64,000 nucleotides of DNA, from sequence record SRR20825006_226; one strand, given 5' to 3'. The position numbers were made by a program, and so were the translations under genes. The first letter of the stretch is position 1; each line of letters starts with the position of its first letter. This document shows, one piece after another, positions 1 through 10,310 of this stretch. Below the pieces are notes generated by a model, which did not search any database, had not been told where the DNA came from, and saw nothing but the letters and a program-made list of their open reading frames with translations.

Positions 1-27
1 CATTACGCAGCAGAGCTACGTAACGAG
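1..27. repeat. REP-like imperfect palindrome (possibly truncated by window edge)
   Basis: TTACGCAGC-aga-GCTACGTAA hairpin; the reverse complement CTCGTTACG..CGTAATG resembles the palindrome at 14771-14798. Confidence 0.5.
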
Positions 28-147
28 AGGCACAGAGTTTACACACCATTCGGAATCCTTGCCTCACCATGCTTTATTATGTCTTTATTTTTCCTTCATA
101 TAAAATATATATTGTTAAGCAAATGAGGTAATTAAAAAGCAGGGAAG

Positions 148-1422
148 ATGGCCATTTATACAACCGCTGAAGAAGCAGTAAAGATCATAAAATCGAACGA
201 TAGAGTGTACCTTCATGGGGTTTCAGCTTCACCATTTAGGCTTATCGATGCGATGGTTGCACGCGCACATGAACTCAGAAATGTGGAGCTCATCCATTTG
301 CATACTGAGGGCGAAGCTGTATATGCACGAGCTGAATTTAAAGACAGCTTTCGGATAAGCGCCCTTTTTGTGGGCGCTAATGTCAGGCAAGCTATTAATG
401 AAGGACGAGGCGATTACATCCCCATCTTTTTAAGCGAAGTTCCCTCACTTTTCAGAAAGAACATTCTTCCTTTAGATGTAGCCATGATTCACGTTTCTCC
501 ACCTGATAAACACGGCTATTGCTCGCTCGGAGTCTCGGTAGAAGTAACTAATAGTGCCGTGCAATGTGCAAAAAAGGTTATCGCACAGGTGAATCCAAAT
601 ATGCCACGAAGCCATGGCGATGGTCTCATCCACATGAGTAAGATTGATGCGATGGTTGAAGTGAACGATCCATTGCCAGAACAAATAGTGCCTGAACCCG
701 ATGAGGCAGAACTTAAAATCGGGCAATATTGTGCCAATTTAATTGATAATGGCTCAACGCTTCAGATGGGAATTGGAGCGATTCCAAACGCCGTTCTTGC
801 AAGCTTAGGGAATCATCAAGACTTAGGAGTACATACCGAAATGTTTTCGGATGGCGTAATAGATTTGGTGGAAAAAGGAGTTATAAATGGGAAGAAAAAG
901 CGTGTTCACCCTGGCAAAATTGTATCTGGTTTTGTGATGGGTTCACGTCGTTTGTACGATTTTCTTGATGATAATCCCATGATTGCCATGCTAGATATCG
1001 CTTACATCAACGATACGGCTGTGATTAGAAGAAACCCCAAAGTAATGGCCATTAACAGCGCTATCGAAGTTGATATTACGGGACAAATTTGTGCGGATTC
1101 CATCGGTACTTATCATTATTCTGGAGTTGGCGGACAGATGGATTTCATTAGAGGTGCTTCTCTTTCTGAAGGAGGAAAACCAATCATTGCACTTCCATCA
1201 ACCACAAAGAAAGGTGTGAGTAGAATTGTTCCTTTTCTAAAACAAGGCGCCGGTGTTGTTACCACACGTGCACATGTGCATTACGTAGTTACTGAATACG
1301 GTGTGTGCGATTTGTACGGAAAGAGTTTATATCAAAGGGCAAAATCACTTACCGAGATAGCACATCTAGATCACCGAGATGATTTAGAGAAAGAGATATT
1401 CAATCGGTTTAAAAGAGTGTAG
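148..1422 (+). CDS. Acetyl-CoA hydrolase/transferase family protein (4-hydroxybutyrate CoA-transferase-like)
   Basis: LQMGIGAIP, HTEMFSDG (catalytic Glu), SGVGGQMDF and VVTEYG motifs. Confidence 0.92.
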   Translation: MAIYTTAEEAVKIIKSNDRVYLHGVSASPFRLIDAMVARAHELRNVELIHLHTEGEAVYARAEFKDSFRISALFVGANVRQAINEGRGDYIPIFLSEVPSLFRKNILPLDVAMIHVSPPDKHGYCSLGVSVEVTNSAVQCAKKVIAQVNPNMPRSHGDGLIHMSKIDAMVEVNDPLPEQIVPEPDEAELKIGQYCANLIDNGSTLQMGIGAIPNAVLASLGNHQDLGVHTEMFSDGVIDLVEKGVINGKKKRVHPGKIVSGFVMGSRRLYDFLDDNPMIAMLDIAYINDTAVIRRNPKVMAINSAIEVDITGQICADSIGTYHYSGVGGQMDFIRGASLSEGGKPIIALPSTTKKGVSRIVPFLKQGAGVVTTRAHVHYVVTEYGVCDLYGKSLYQRAKSLTEIAHLDHRDDLEKEIFNRFKRV

Positions 1423-1428
1423 AACATA

Positions 1429-1468
1429 GAAAAAAGAGATTCAACGGCTACGAATGAATCTCTTTTTC
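1429..1468. terminator. Bidirectional intrinsic terminator between convergent genes
   Basis: AAAAAGAGATTCA...TGAATCTCTTTTT inverted repeat with A and T tracts. Confidence 0.75.
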
Positions 1469-1487
1469 TAACTCTTACACAAAACTG

Positions 1488-2954
1488 TTATCTCATATCA
1501 TACTTTAAAAAGGCTACAAATGTTGCTCCGAATGAGAGCATGATGAAAATAGCCAAGAGTCCAAAATCAAGGATGCTTTTTGAAAGTATGACTCCCGCTG
1601 TACGTATAGGTGCGTTGTACTGAGGTATGCCACTCAAATCTAAACCTTGGTCATTTCTACCAAAATCAAGTTTAACGCCTTTTTCAGAATCTACTTCAAT
1701 TCTAAAACCGCCATCGTTGCCGCTTTTCTCTTTCTCGGCTTCGGTGTAGCTAGTAAAATCGTCTCGATATGTTCGCATGCTTTCTTCATATCGATTTTTC
1801 ATTCCAATATCGGTTCCTGCAATATTCATTGCAGCCAACCTGAATGAGGAAGCTGGTGAAATCCTAGCTAAGCTAAATGCGATGCGCTCTTGCAACTGCT
1901 TTTTGTTGCGTGTTTCCTCTAAAAGCTTTCTATTATTTGCTGTTACATCAATCTGAACTTGTTTTCTGGCGGCATCATCCTCTTCAAGCCAAGTCCATTC
2001 TTTATCATCTCTGTATGCTGTTCGTTCATCTTCATCCATGCCTTCCATCTCTTTACTTCTTTTGCTCCACATTTCTGAGATAGTTGATGAATATTCATCC
2101 CAACGCACCTTACGATAAGCTTCCTGTTTAGCTTCTATTTGTGCAATCGACTCTGTTTTTACAAGTTGTCCTGAAGCCATTACACTCATGCGGGGAAGGA
2201 TAAGAACTCCTCCAACCCAAATTACAAGTAACAGTAAAAATGACAATGAGGATTTCCGTGTTGTTGCTGAAACAAGCAATCCAAGACATATAAAAAATGT
2301 AATGTACAGTAACGACAACCCAACAAAGCTTGCAAATTTCAGCCACTCTCCTCCCGAAAATGGAACTCCCATTAGCACTACGAGAAGCAAAGAAATTAGA
2401 ATGGGAATGAGCAATGGAATGACCAACCCTATCCAAATTCCGATGAATTTCGAGATTAGGTAGCCCGCTCTTGAAACTGAGTTTGCAAACGCCAGCTTTA
2501 GTGTCCCATTTTCGCGTTCCCCGTTGATGGCATCATACGTGAACAGAATGGCAAACAACGAAAGCACCACTTGCACGATGAACGTGAGATCGATGAATCT
2601 AAAAATCGCAAACAAGGTTTCGTCGGAATACGGACTACGAGTTAGCTTTACATCGTGAAAATCAGAAATGGTAGAAACACGTCCTACATCAAAATGAAGC
2701 CCAGAAACAAACACTTGCATAGGCGTTGGTTTTCGGTGAACTTGATTTCTTACACTTCCCCAATTTGTTGCCTGTTGCATGTTTATTTGGGCAATCTGCT
2801 GGTTAGCTTCGTACTGAGCCACTGCATTTTTATACTCTTGAATGCCAATAAATATACTCGTGAGAATCAAAACAGAACACACTAAAAATGTTGCTACAAA
2901 CTTTGGGCTTAAGAGAATATTCTTGAGCTCCTTTTCTATCATTAACTTAATCAT
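1488..2954 (-). CDS. ABC-2 type transporter permease with large extracytoplasmic loop
   Basis: KEL N-terminus, YDAINGERENGTLKL motif, multiple TM segments, FLKYDMR C-terminus. Confidence 0.88.
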   Translation of the reverse strand: MIKLMIEKELKNILLSPKFVATFLVCSVLILTSIFIGIQEYKNAVAQYEANQQIAQINMQQATNWGSVRNQVHRKPTPMQVFVSGLHFDVGRVSTISDFHDVKLTRSPYSDETLFAIFRFIDLTFIVQVVLSLFAILFTYDAINGERENGTLKLAFANSVSRAGYLISKFIGIWIGLVIPLLIPILISLLLVVLMGVPFSGGEWLKFASFVGLSLLYITFFICLGLLVSATTRKSSLSFLLLLVIWVGGVLILPRMSVMASGQLVKTESIAQIEAKQEAYRKVRWDEYSSTISEMWSKRSKEMEGMDEDERTAYRDDKEWTWLEEDDAARKQVQIDVTANNRKLLEETRNKKQLQERIAFSLARISPASSFRLAAMNIAGTDIGMKNRYEESMRTYRDDFTSYTEAEKEKSGNDGGFRIEVDSEKGVKLDFGRNDQGLDLSGIPQYNAPIRTAGVILSKSILDFGLLAIFIMLSFGATFVAFLKYDMR

Positions 2955-2988
2955 GGAAGTTTCCTATATGGTTTTGAAATTCGAGATA

Positions 2989-4407
2989 TCATCTTAAGTC
3001 GTATTTGAGGAAGGCAAAAAAGGCTCCACCAAAAAATACTAGATTAAAGAGGATTAGTAGACCTAGATCTAGAATACTACCCTTTGCGGCTACGCCGAAT
3101 GTAGCTTTCTGAAACTGAAAATTTGGAAGCTCTGAGGCATCGATGGTTTCGGGTTCTTCGTCGGAGTCGTCGCTAGATGATATAATCATTCTGAAACCTG
3201 CACTACCAGTACTTCCCGTTTTCTCAGTCATGAAATCGGCGAACACTTTCTGGTATTCTTTGGCAGAATCCAAATAGCGGTTTTGAAGCTCCAACGAAGT
3301 TCCTGCAAGCCTAGTGATAGCTAAACTAAATACAGATGTTGGCGACATTCGTGATAATGCCAGAGCCACCCTTTCTTGTTCTCGCTTTCTGTTGTTATAA
3401 TTCTCATTAATCTTCTCTTCAAAAACCTGAATTTTGGAAGTTCTTTCTTCGGAAAGACTGCTCATATGTTTAGAAAAAGCTTGCATCACTTTTTGAGGCT
3501 CAGTTCCTTCTGGTGCAGAGAAATTTGCCATTTTCGGACGATCGTCTTCAAAAAGCTGTGTTCTATATCGACTTTTCTCAGCCGTAATTTCATCGATATT
3601 TGGAACTTCAACCAATCTCCCAGAAACCAATACCGAAGCTCTTGGAATTATAAGTACTGCAAAAATCCAGATTACTAGAGAGATTAAAAACGAAGTGGAT
3701 GGCTTATTCGTTAATGCAGAAATGCCGATAGTTAATGCTAAGAATAGCCCAAAATATGCTAGTCCTGCCAGTAGAATTAAGCCGAGTCGGAGCCACTCAT
3801 CGTTGCTCAGTGTAATTCCAAAAAGAGGCAGAATGGCAGCACCTATTAAGAGTGGAATTAGCAACGCTAAACCTAAACCCACAAAAGAACCTGCTAATTT
3901 TCCCGCAATAAATGAAGCTCGAGATACTGAGTTTGCGAAACATAGTTTTAAAGTTCCGCTAACTTTCTCACCGTTTATGGCATCGTAGGTGAAGATGATA
4001 GCAAAGAGCGACAGGATGACACCGAAAATAAATTCCAAATCCATAAAGCGGAAGATGGCAAAGATGGGTTCGTCATTAAATCGAGTATTCTCCGCTCGTA
4101 ACTCCCCTCTACCTTTCATTTCAATGTCTCTACCTATGTCGTTAGAAATGCCCGTTACAAGAGCCATCAGCGGTTCGGGTGGCAACATAATGCTGTGGTT
4201 TATTCCTATCCATTCGGTATTTGCGGAAATTTGATTATACCCTTCTTGAACAGCGGCTTCGTATTGAGCCTTGCTCGAAACATAATTTTGCGCTCCCATA
4301 AAAAAAGAAAGCACAATGAGTATTGAGCACACTGCAAAGCTGATTGTAAATCTACTGCTTTGCACAATTTCCTTGAGTTCTTTCACAAATATTAGCTTAA
4401 ACATCAT
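2989..4407 (-). CDS. ABC-2 type transporter permease (paralog of neighbour)
   Basis: YDAINGEKVSGTLKL motif, same architecture, FLKYDLR C-terminus. Confidence 0.88.
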   Translation of the reverse strand: MMFKLIFVKELKEIVQSSRFTISFAVCSILIVLSFFMGAQNYVSSKAQYEAAVQEGYNQISANTEWIGINHSIMLPPEPLMALVTGISNDIGRDIEMKGRGELRAENTRFNDEPIFAIFRFMDLEFIFGVILSLFAIIFTYDAINGEKVSGTLKLCFANSVSRASFIAGKLAGSFVGLGLALLIPLLIGAAILPLFGITLSNDEWLRLGLILLAGLAYFGLFLALTIGISALTNKPSTSFLISLVIWIFAVLIIPRASVLVSGRLVEVPNIDEITAEKSRYRTQLFEDDRPKMANFSAPEGTEPQKVMQAFSKHMSSLSEERTSKIQVFEEKINENYNNRKREQERVALALSRMSPTSVFSLAITRLAGTSLELQNRYLDSAKEYQKVFADFMTEKTGSTGSAGFRMIISSSDDSDEEPETIDASELPNFQFQKATFGVAAKGSILDLGLLILFNLVFFGGAFFAFLKYDLR

Positions 4408-4415
4408 TATACCTC

Positions 4416-5207
4416 TTAAACTAAATCGTTGCTAAGTATGCCAGAACTGGCGGGCTCATCCATATAACCAGCCATGTATTCTACGTAAAGCTGTTCTAGA
4501 TTTACACCTTTTAGCTCTGCATGTGTTCTTTGCGCTACTAGAATTCCATTATTTAAAATTCCCACATGATTTGAGATATCTTTAGCTCGGAAAATATCGT
4601 GGGTGCTCATCAAAATGGCTTTGCCTTCATCACGAAGTTCACCAATTAACTTTGTGAACTCTTTCCCCGCTTTTGGATCTAATCCTGAGGTAGGTTCATC
4701 AAGTAAGATGGCAGGTGCATTTTTTAGGATGGCGATAGCAATGCCACATTTCTGGCGCATTCCTTTTGAAAAATCTTTGAGTTTTTTATCGAACGCATCT
4801 TTTTGTAAACCAACACGCGCCAAAGCTGCTTCGTAATCTTGACGTTTATAATGGTCTTTGCCTCCCAATTTCACAAAGAACTCCAGATTTTGCATCGCAG
4901 AGAAATTTGGATAGAGCTGTACATTCTCTGAAACAAAGGCCACATTCTTTTTGGCTTCAAGAGGTTCTTTGTTAGCATCAATTCCGTTTATAAAAGCATT
5001 TCCTTTGGTTGGCTGAATGAAATCCAGAAAGATATTTATAGTGGTAGTTTTACCTGCACCATTACCACCAAGCATTGCGTAGATTTCACCTGGCATTACT
5101 TTTACGTTTAGATTCTCTAAAGCAGTAACACCGTCCTCATATACTTTATTCAAATTTCGAGCTTCTAAAAGCGGGGCTTGTTGTATCGGGTTAATTGTAG
5201 TTTCCAT
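4416..5207 (-). CDS. ABC transporter ATP-binding protein
   Basis: Walker A GGNGAGKTT, signature FSKGM, Walker B ILLDEP, H-loop STH. Confidence 0.95.
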   Translation of the reverse strand: METTINPIQQAPLLEARNLNKVYEDGVTALENLNVKVMPGEIYAMLGGNGAGKTTTINIFLDFIQPTKGNAFINGIDANKEPLEAKKNVAFVSENVQLYPNFSAMQNLEFFVKLGGKDHYKRQDYEAALARVGLQKDAFDKKLKDFSKGMRQKCGIAIAILKNAPAILLDEPTSGLDPKAGKEFTKLIGELRDEGKAILMSTHDIFRAKDISNHVGILNNGILVAQRTHAELKGVNLEQLYVEYMAGYMDEPASSGILSNDLV

Positions 5208-5247
5208 ACTTGTGCTTTTTTGGATTAATATTCTGTATTTGTAGAAG

Positions 5248-6750
5248 TTATTTTCTGGATAGCTTTATGCCGAAGAACACTACTCCACCCACTAATGCAA
5301 GAATCAGTAGTAGAATAAACGCTGTTCCAAAAACACTAGCCTCTGCTTCAATTTGCACCGTAAAACTCTTGTCTTCGGCGTTAACAGGTTGGTTGTCTGA
5401 TAAGGATGTTGATCGCATCCTAGTTTCATATTTACCAACGCTTACGTCGCTAGGTGGGGTGAGTGTAACCCTGACTGTTTTTTCTTCGCGGATACCAAGT
5501 TCTGATATGAGAACTGGATCTATACTTTTCTCCCATTGAAAAGGAGTATCGAGTTCAAATTCGATGTTATCTAACCGGCGAGAACCTTCGTTCACTACTC
5601 TAAAGCTGAACGACACTGGTTCGCCTGCCTTCCCTGTATTAAAAAGTTGTGGCGCTTTGATAACTAACTTACCCACTCCACGTGGTAGCATCTCTAACCG
5701 AACATAACCTACATCAAGGGCTTTAATTTGCTCTTCTGTCCATAGTTCATTTCTCTTTTCGGAGACTCCCTTTAGCTTATCAAGAGGAACAGCCATCACA
5801 AAAAAGCTGATGGGCTCATCCATAATCACATCATCGGTCGGTCTATCGGGTAGAGAAATTACTAAGTTGGTTTGACGAGTGTTGTTACTTTCAGTGAATT
5901 TGATTTGGCTTATGCGGCCACTTGCTCCCACTTCGTTAAAATAACGAGCCACGGATTGTGGAAGGTTTACAACTTCCAGCTTATAGGTGTCATCAACACC
6001 ACTGAAAAGCTCTAAACCAAGTCCGAAATTGGCTTCTTTCCCCAATTCTATTTCTTGTGAAAACCGTTCGGATTGAATGAGAACTTTGTTGGCACTCGCA
6101 TCTTTCTGTAAAAACACCTTTGGATTTCGAGAAGCACCATTTCCATAAATGATATTTACCGTAGCCTCGTCCACATCTTGCAATAGCTCAAACTCAACTG
6201 TTTTGGGAACACCCGAATGCAGTGAACTGAGTTTGATTTCATACGGACTACTTATGATTGCTCCATCGTTATTACTCAACGACACGTACACATTGTGAAT
6301 CACATCTGGTTGAAGAGAACGGAACAGTTCGTCTTCCATATCCACAATTTGCGAGAACTCAGCGGATGCTCCAGAGGTGTTAGCTAAGGTAACATGTACT
6401 TTCTTCTTCCCGCTTTCCTCTTGAGATTTTATCGCCTTTTTGATGCTTACAAATTGTTGCTCAAAAAGTAGTACCAATAGAGATTGCTGGTAATTAACCT
6501 CTGCATCTAAGTATGCGTTCTTAGCCTGTTCAAATTGCTCTTTCGAAATGAGCTTCTTTTCGAATAATGCCTCACTTCTATTTAACTCGCTCTGCGCACG
6601 TTCGTAAGTACTTTTTGCTCTTTTTAAACCCAACAATGGGTAGCTATCATCTCTAGCGTTTGGGAACGGAGTTTGTGCACTAGTAAGCTCAGGAAGAGAT
6701 AAGTTCAAGGCAAAAAGTGTAAGTAGAAAGAATAAAATTGAGTTCTTCAT
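5248..6750 (-). CDS. Exported membrane-anchored protein: MFP-like helical hairpin, Ig-like/NEW3-type domains, C-terminal TM anchor
   Basis: Signal peptide; AKSTYERAQSELNRSEALFEKKLISKEQFEQAK; VVNEGS..LDN..P..W...LTPPSDVSVGKY; C-terminal hydrophobic helix + KLSRK. Confidence 0.65.
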   Translation of the reverse strand: MKNSILFFLLTLFALNLSLPELTSAQTPFPNARDDSYPLLGLKRAKSTYERAQSELNRSEALFEKKLISKEQFEQAKNAYLDAEVNYQQSLLVLLFEQQFVSIKKAIKSQEESGKKKVHVTLANTSGASAEFSQIVDMEDELFRSLQPDVIHNVYVSLSNNDGAIISSPYEIKLSSLHSGVPKTVEFELLQDVDEATVNIIYGNGASRNPKVFLQKDASANKVLIQSERFSQEIELGKEANFGLGLELFSGVDDTYKLEVVNLPQSVARYFNEVGASGRISQIKFTESNNTRQTNLVISLPDRPTDDVIMDEPISFFVMAVPLDKLKGVSEKRNELWTEEQIKALDVGYVRLEMLPRGVGKLVIKAPQLFNTGKAGEPVSFSFRVVNEGSRRLDNIEFELDTPFQWEKSIDPVLISELGIREEKTVRVTLTPPSDVSVGKYETRMRSTSLSDNQPVNAEDKSFTVQIEAEASVFGTAFILLLILALVGGVVFFGIKLSRK

Positions 6751-7487
6751 CAGTTACCAGATTTATATCTTATTCTATTGTTAGTTTCTGGCTTTTTTAG
6801 AATGATAGTATCCTCTTCTCCACCTTTCTCAAACGTAAGCTCAAGGTCTTCGCCAACCTTTATCGCATCAATTAGTGCTTTAGCTTCTGCTCCTGTTGCT
6901 GGCTTTTTCCCATTAACTTTAATTAAAGACCAGTCCTCCAAATTCTTCGCTTTCAATTCCTCAGGAACTAGTCTATCAATAAAACCATCAACCTTAACTG
7001 ATTTTTCTACATCTGTTAACAACAATCCTAACTCTGTAATGAATGTTACTTTCTCATCTCCATCTGTCTGAAATGACATCGACATACTTTTTATAGCGCC
7101 CGGCTTAGATTCTGATTTATCACCTTTAATCGCACTTACTATAAATCGGCTTTCTCCACGGCGAACTCCCAATTTAATTTCTTCACCATTTTCTAGTGCT
7201 CCATACACTTCTTTAAGCTTGTCTATCTCTTTTATTCGAATCCCATTTATCATTAAGATGAGGTCTCCTTTCTCCAAGCGATCACCTGTTCCTTTGGAGG
7301 TTTCTTTTCCCAATCTGAACATCACTTTAACCTCCCCATCATTTTCTACTATAAGGGCTTCGAGTTCTGGCAACATTAATGAGTTTTTTGCATCGAGAGT
7401 CATAGTTTGTCGTACTTGTGCTATGGCTTTGGTATTTGGAAAAGCCCCCATTACAAGGAGTAAAGCGGAAAAGAGTATTTTTTTCAT
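6750..7487 (-). CDS. Exported protein with two PDZ-like repeats
   Basis: Signal peptide; LEKGDLILMING...IKLGVRRG and a second similar half (SLIKVNG...LELTFEKG). Confidence 0.7.
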   Translation of the reverse strand: MKKILFSALLLVMGAFPNTKAIAQVRQTMTLDAKNSLMLPELEALIVENDGEVKVMFRLGKETSKGTGDRLEKGDLILMINGIRIKEIDKLKEVYGALENGEEIKLGVRRGESRFIVSAIKGDKSESKPGAIKSMSMSFQTDGDEKVTFITELGLLLTDVEKSVKVDGFIDRLVPEELKAKNLEDWSLIKVNGKKPATGAEAKALIDAIKVGEDLELTFEKGGEEDTIILKKPETNNRIRYKSGN

Positions 7488-7546
7488 CGAATATTTAGTA
7501 TTTAGTTAGTAGACATCCGTAATATTCTAAAGACAAGACTTAGTGT

Positions 7547-7594
7547 TGTTAAGGGCTTGCAAAAACTTTGTTAAGGATGTTAAATCGATGCTAA
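7547..7594. promoter_or_regulatory. Tandem TGTTAA-type direct repeats, candidate OmpR-family operator
   Basis: TGTTAA 7547, TGCAAA 7558, TGTTAA 7569, TGTTAA 7578, TGCTAA 7589 in the divergent intergenic region. Confidence 0.55.
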
Positions 7595-7632
7595 ATCTTT
7601 TTGAATAGATCCAAAAGGCGCTAATTTTGAGT

Positions 7633-9552
7633 ATGCATAACAAATGGATTACCTACATTTTTCTTGGCGTAATGGCTTGTGCACTTATTACACTGGCTTT
7701 TTTACAGTACAACTGGCTTGGGAGTGTTAGCAGCGAGGAACAAAGCCGGCTTTCAAAAAGCATGACGGCTTCTACTGAGAATTTTGTAACCGATTTAAAC
7801 CAAAATTTTAGCCAGCTAAATAACAATTTTGAAATACAGCTCTCTCAGAATGGAGAACAGCCCGAACAACTTCTACAGGATGCTTATACAAACTGGATTG
7901 CAAAATCTAACCAGCCTGACCTAGTTAAGTCGGTCTATTATATAAAAGGTGTTTCAGATGAAAAGCCTCTCGTAAAACATTTTGATCCAAACACTGCTAC
8001 ACTTAGCCAGTTAAACAATCCTCCAGTCTCAATTATCAATTGGCTACAAGAAAACTCAGACACAAAAAAAGATTTTGATAACAGCCTTACTATCAGTCAC
8101 GGACCTGATTTCGGTGAGCCAAGCTTTCTTATGGTTCCTGTTAAATATCTAGAAATGGTGACCGTTAAGGACAAAAATATAAGCCAGAGTATTAGGGTAA
8201 GCCTTAATGTAGAGCAGATAGACGATGGGATTTTAATAGAGCTGAATGATGATGTGATTAAGGAAACCATCATTCCTGAAATTGCTAGAACCTACCTTAC
8301 CGAATCATTTGAAGACCAGTATATTCTCAGCATTGTTCAGTCTGACGGTGAAGACAGCCTAAATGTTTACTTTGCTACTAAAGGATTGGATGTAACCAAA
8401 AAACCAGATTTTAGACGCACCATTGATAAATTGGATGCTCAAAGGTTTTTCATTTTCAATTCAGGTTTTGGTAAAAATTTGGACTCTTTTTCAAAGTTGG
8501 ATAGCATTTCCAATAAGATTAAAAGTATAGATGTATTCAAGACCTCTGATTCTAAATCTAGGATATCAACCAGCCTTTCAACCTCAGAATTTAGTGCAAA
8601 TACTATTTGGACAGATTCAGTTCTCGATCATTCCGCTAAAGTAGATACCTTGATAACGGCTTCCTTTATATCCAGTTCGGATAATCCAGAATGGGAGCTT
8701 TGGTTAAGTTTCAAAGATGGGTCTTTAGAAGCTTATGTGGCTAAAACAAAAAATCGAAATCTATTCATAAGCTTTGGTATCCTAGCTATTCTCGGCATAA
8801 GCGTAATCATGATTGTGATAACAGCACAACGTTCTCATGACCTAGCCCAAAGACAAATGCTGTTTGTGGCTGGAGTTTCGCACGAGCTTAGAACTCCAAT
8901 AACGGTAATTCGTTCTGCCGCTGAAAATCTAAGTGCAGGTGTGATTCATAAAGAAGAACGGCGAAAAGAATATGCTGATTTGATGGTAAAAGAAGGCCGC
9001 AGATTAAGTGATATGGTAGACCAGATTATGGAGTTTTCAGGAATACAATCTGGGAAGAAAGTGTACCAGTTTAGCGAGTTTTCTATTTCTGAATTTGTGG
9101 AGGAGGTAAACAATAGCTGCCGCCCTCATTTGGAGGAAAAGGGTATTATTCTAAAGTACTCGGTTCAAACAGATTTAGACATTTGTTATGCCGATAGAGA
9201 CGCACTTTTTCTAGCTGTTACCAATTTAATCCATAACGCTATAAAATTTAGTGGTACAAATAGCACCGTCTGTCTTAACGCTAACGAAACTATTCGCTCT
9301 GGAAAATCAAAGTTGATAATACAAGTCCAAGATATGGGAGATGGTATTCCTGAGAATGAATTAAAACAGATTTTCGAACCTTTTTTTAGAGGGAAAAAAC
9401 CAATCGAAGAGCAAATTAAAGGCAACGGAATTGGCTTAAGTTTAGTAAAAAAAGTAATTGATGCACATAATGGAGAAATTGCCGTTAATAGTAGAGAAGG
9501 AAGTGGATCTACTTTTATACTAAAAATTCCAACTGATCGACATGCAAGCTAA
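7633..9552 (+). CDS. Membrane sensor histidine kinase
   Basis: Two TM helices flanking a large periplasmic region; VSHELRTP H-box, NLIHNAIKF, DMGDGI, GNGIGL; ATG 7633 preferred over TTG 7627. Confidence 0.93.
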   Translation: MHNKWITYIFLGVMACALITLAFLQYNWLGSVSSEEQSRLSKSMTASTENFVTDLNQNFSQLNNNFEIQLSQNGEQPEQLLQDAYTNWIAKSNQPDLVKSVYYIKGVSDEKPLVKHFDPNTATLSQLNNPPVSIINWLQENSDTKKDFDNSLTISHGPDFGEPSFLMVPVKYLEMVTVKDKNISQSIRVSLNVEQIDDGILIELNDDVIKETIIPEIARTYLTESFEDQYILSIVQSDGEDSLNVYFATKGLDVTKKPDFRRTIDKLDAQRFFIFNSGFGKNLDSFSKLDSISNKIKSIDVFKTSDSKSRISTSLSTSEFSANTIWTDSVLDHSAKVDTLITASFISSSDNPEWELWLSFKDGSLEAYVAKTKNRNLFISFGILAILGISVIMIVITAQRSHDLAQRQMLFVAGVSHELRTPITVIRSAAENLSAGVIHKEERRKEYADLMVKEGRRLSDMVDQIMEFSGIQSGKKVYQFSEFSISEFVEEVNNSCRPHLEEKGIILKYSVQTDLDICYADRDALFLAVTNLIHNAIKFSGTNSTVCLNANETIRSGKSKLIIQVQDMGDGIPENELKQIFEPFFRGKKPIEEQIKGNGIGLSLVKKVIDAHNGEIAVNSREGSGSTFILKIPTDRHAS

Positions 9553-10237
9553 AGCAAAAATTTTACTAATTGAAGACGAGCAAGGCCTGGTGATGACCAT
9601 CCAAGACCGCTTGATTGAAGAACACTACGAAGTTGAGGTTGCCACCGATGGCGCGGCTGGTTTTGAAAAAGCACTAAACAATAGCTACGATGCTATAATT
9701 TTAGATTTGATGCTACCCAAAAAGGACGGTTTGGATGTCTGCAAAGATTTGCGCCAAAATAGAATCGAAACGCCTATCATCATGTTGACCGCCAAAGGAC
9801 AAGTAATAGACAAAGTGTTAGGACTTAAATTAGGTGCTAATGACTACATGCAGAAACCGTTTGAGATGATGGAATTACTTGCTCGTGTTGAAGTTCAGGT
9901 GCGCAAGAAGTCCGTTGCTCCTCCACATGCCAACAGCCAAGAGTATCAATTCGGTCAAGTAACTGTAAATTTTAGAAAAGGTGAAATTAAGAAATCAGGT
10001 CAAAGTGTAAACCTTCCTGCTAAAGAGTTTCAACTCCTTAAATTCTTGTTAGAACATGAAGGTCTAGTTTTAACACGCGACCAATTGCTGAACGAAGTTT
10101 GGGGTTACGACGCCCTCCCATCAACTAGAACCGTTGATGTCCACATTGCTTGGTTGAGACAAAAGCTAGAAGCAAATAGCCATCATCCCGAGCACATCCT
10201 CACCGTTCATGGCTTTGGATATAAGTTTGTTGGATAG
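9542..10237 (+). CDS. OmpR/PhoB-family response regulator
   Basis: IED, LDLMLP, MLTAK, KPF receiver motifs; RTVDVHIAWLRQK winged helix; GFGYKF. Confidence 0.95.
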   Translation: MQAKAKILLIEDEQGLVMTIQDRLIEEHYEVEVATDGAAGFEKALNNSYDAIILDLMLPKKDGLDVCKDLRQNRIETPIIMLTAKGQVIDKVLGLKLGANDYMQKPFEMMELLARVEVQVRKKSVAPPHANSQEYQFGQVTVNFRKGEIKKSGQSVNLPAKEFQLLKFLLEHEGLVLTRDQLLNEVWGYDALPSTRTVDVHIAWLRQKLEANSHHPEHILTVHGFGYKFVG

Positions 10238-10310
10238 ATTTAGTAGTTTGTAGTGAGAAATATGGAGTTTCAGGATTGAGTTCCTACTCGACTATTCATT
10301 CCCGAACCAA

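Noticed and set aside
10238-10310. Short degenerate repeats (TTTAGTAG/TTTGTAG) after the response regulator
   Set aside because: Too short and degenerate to distinguish from chance
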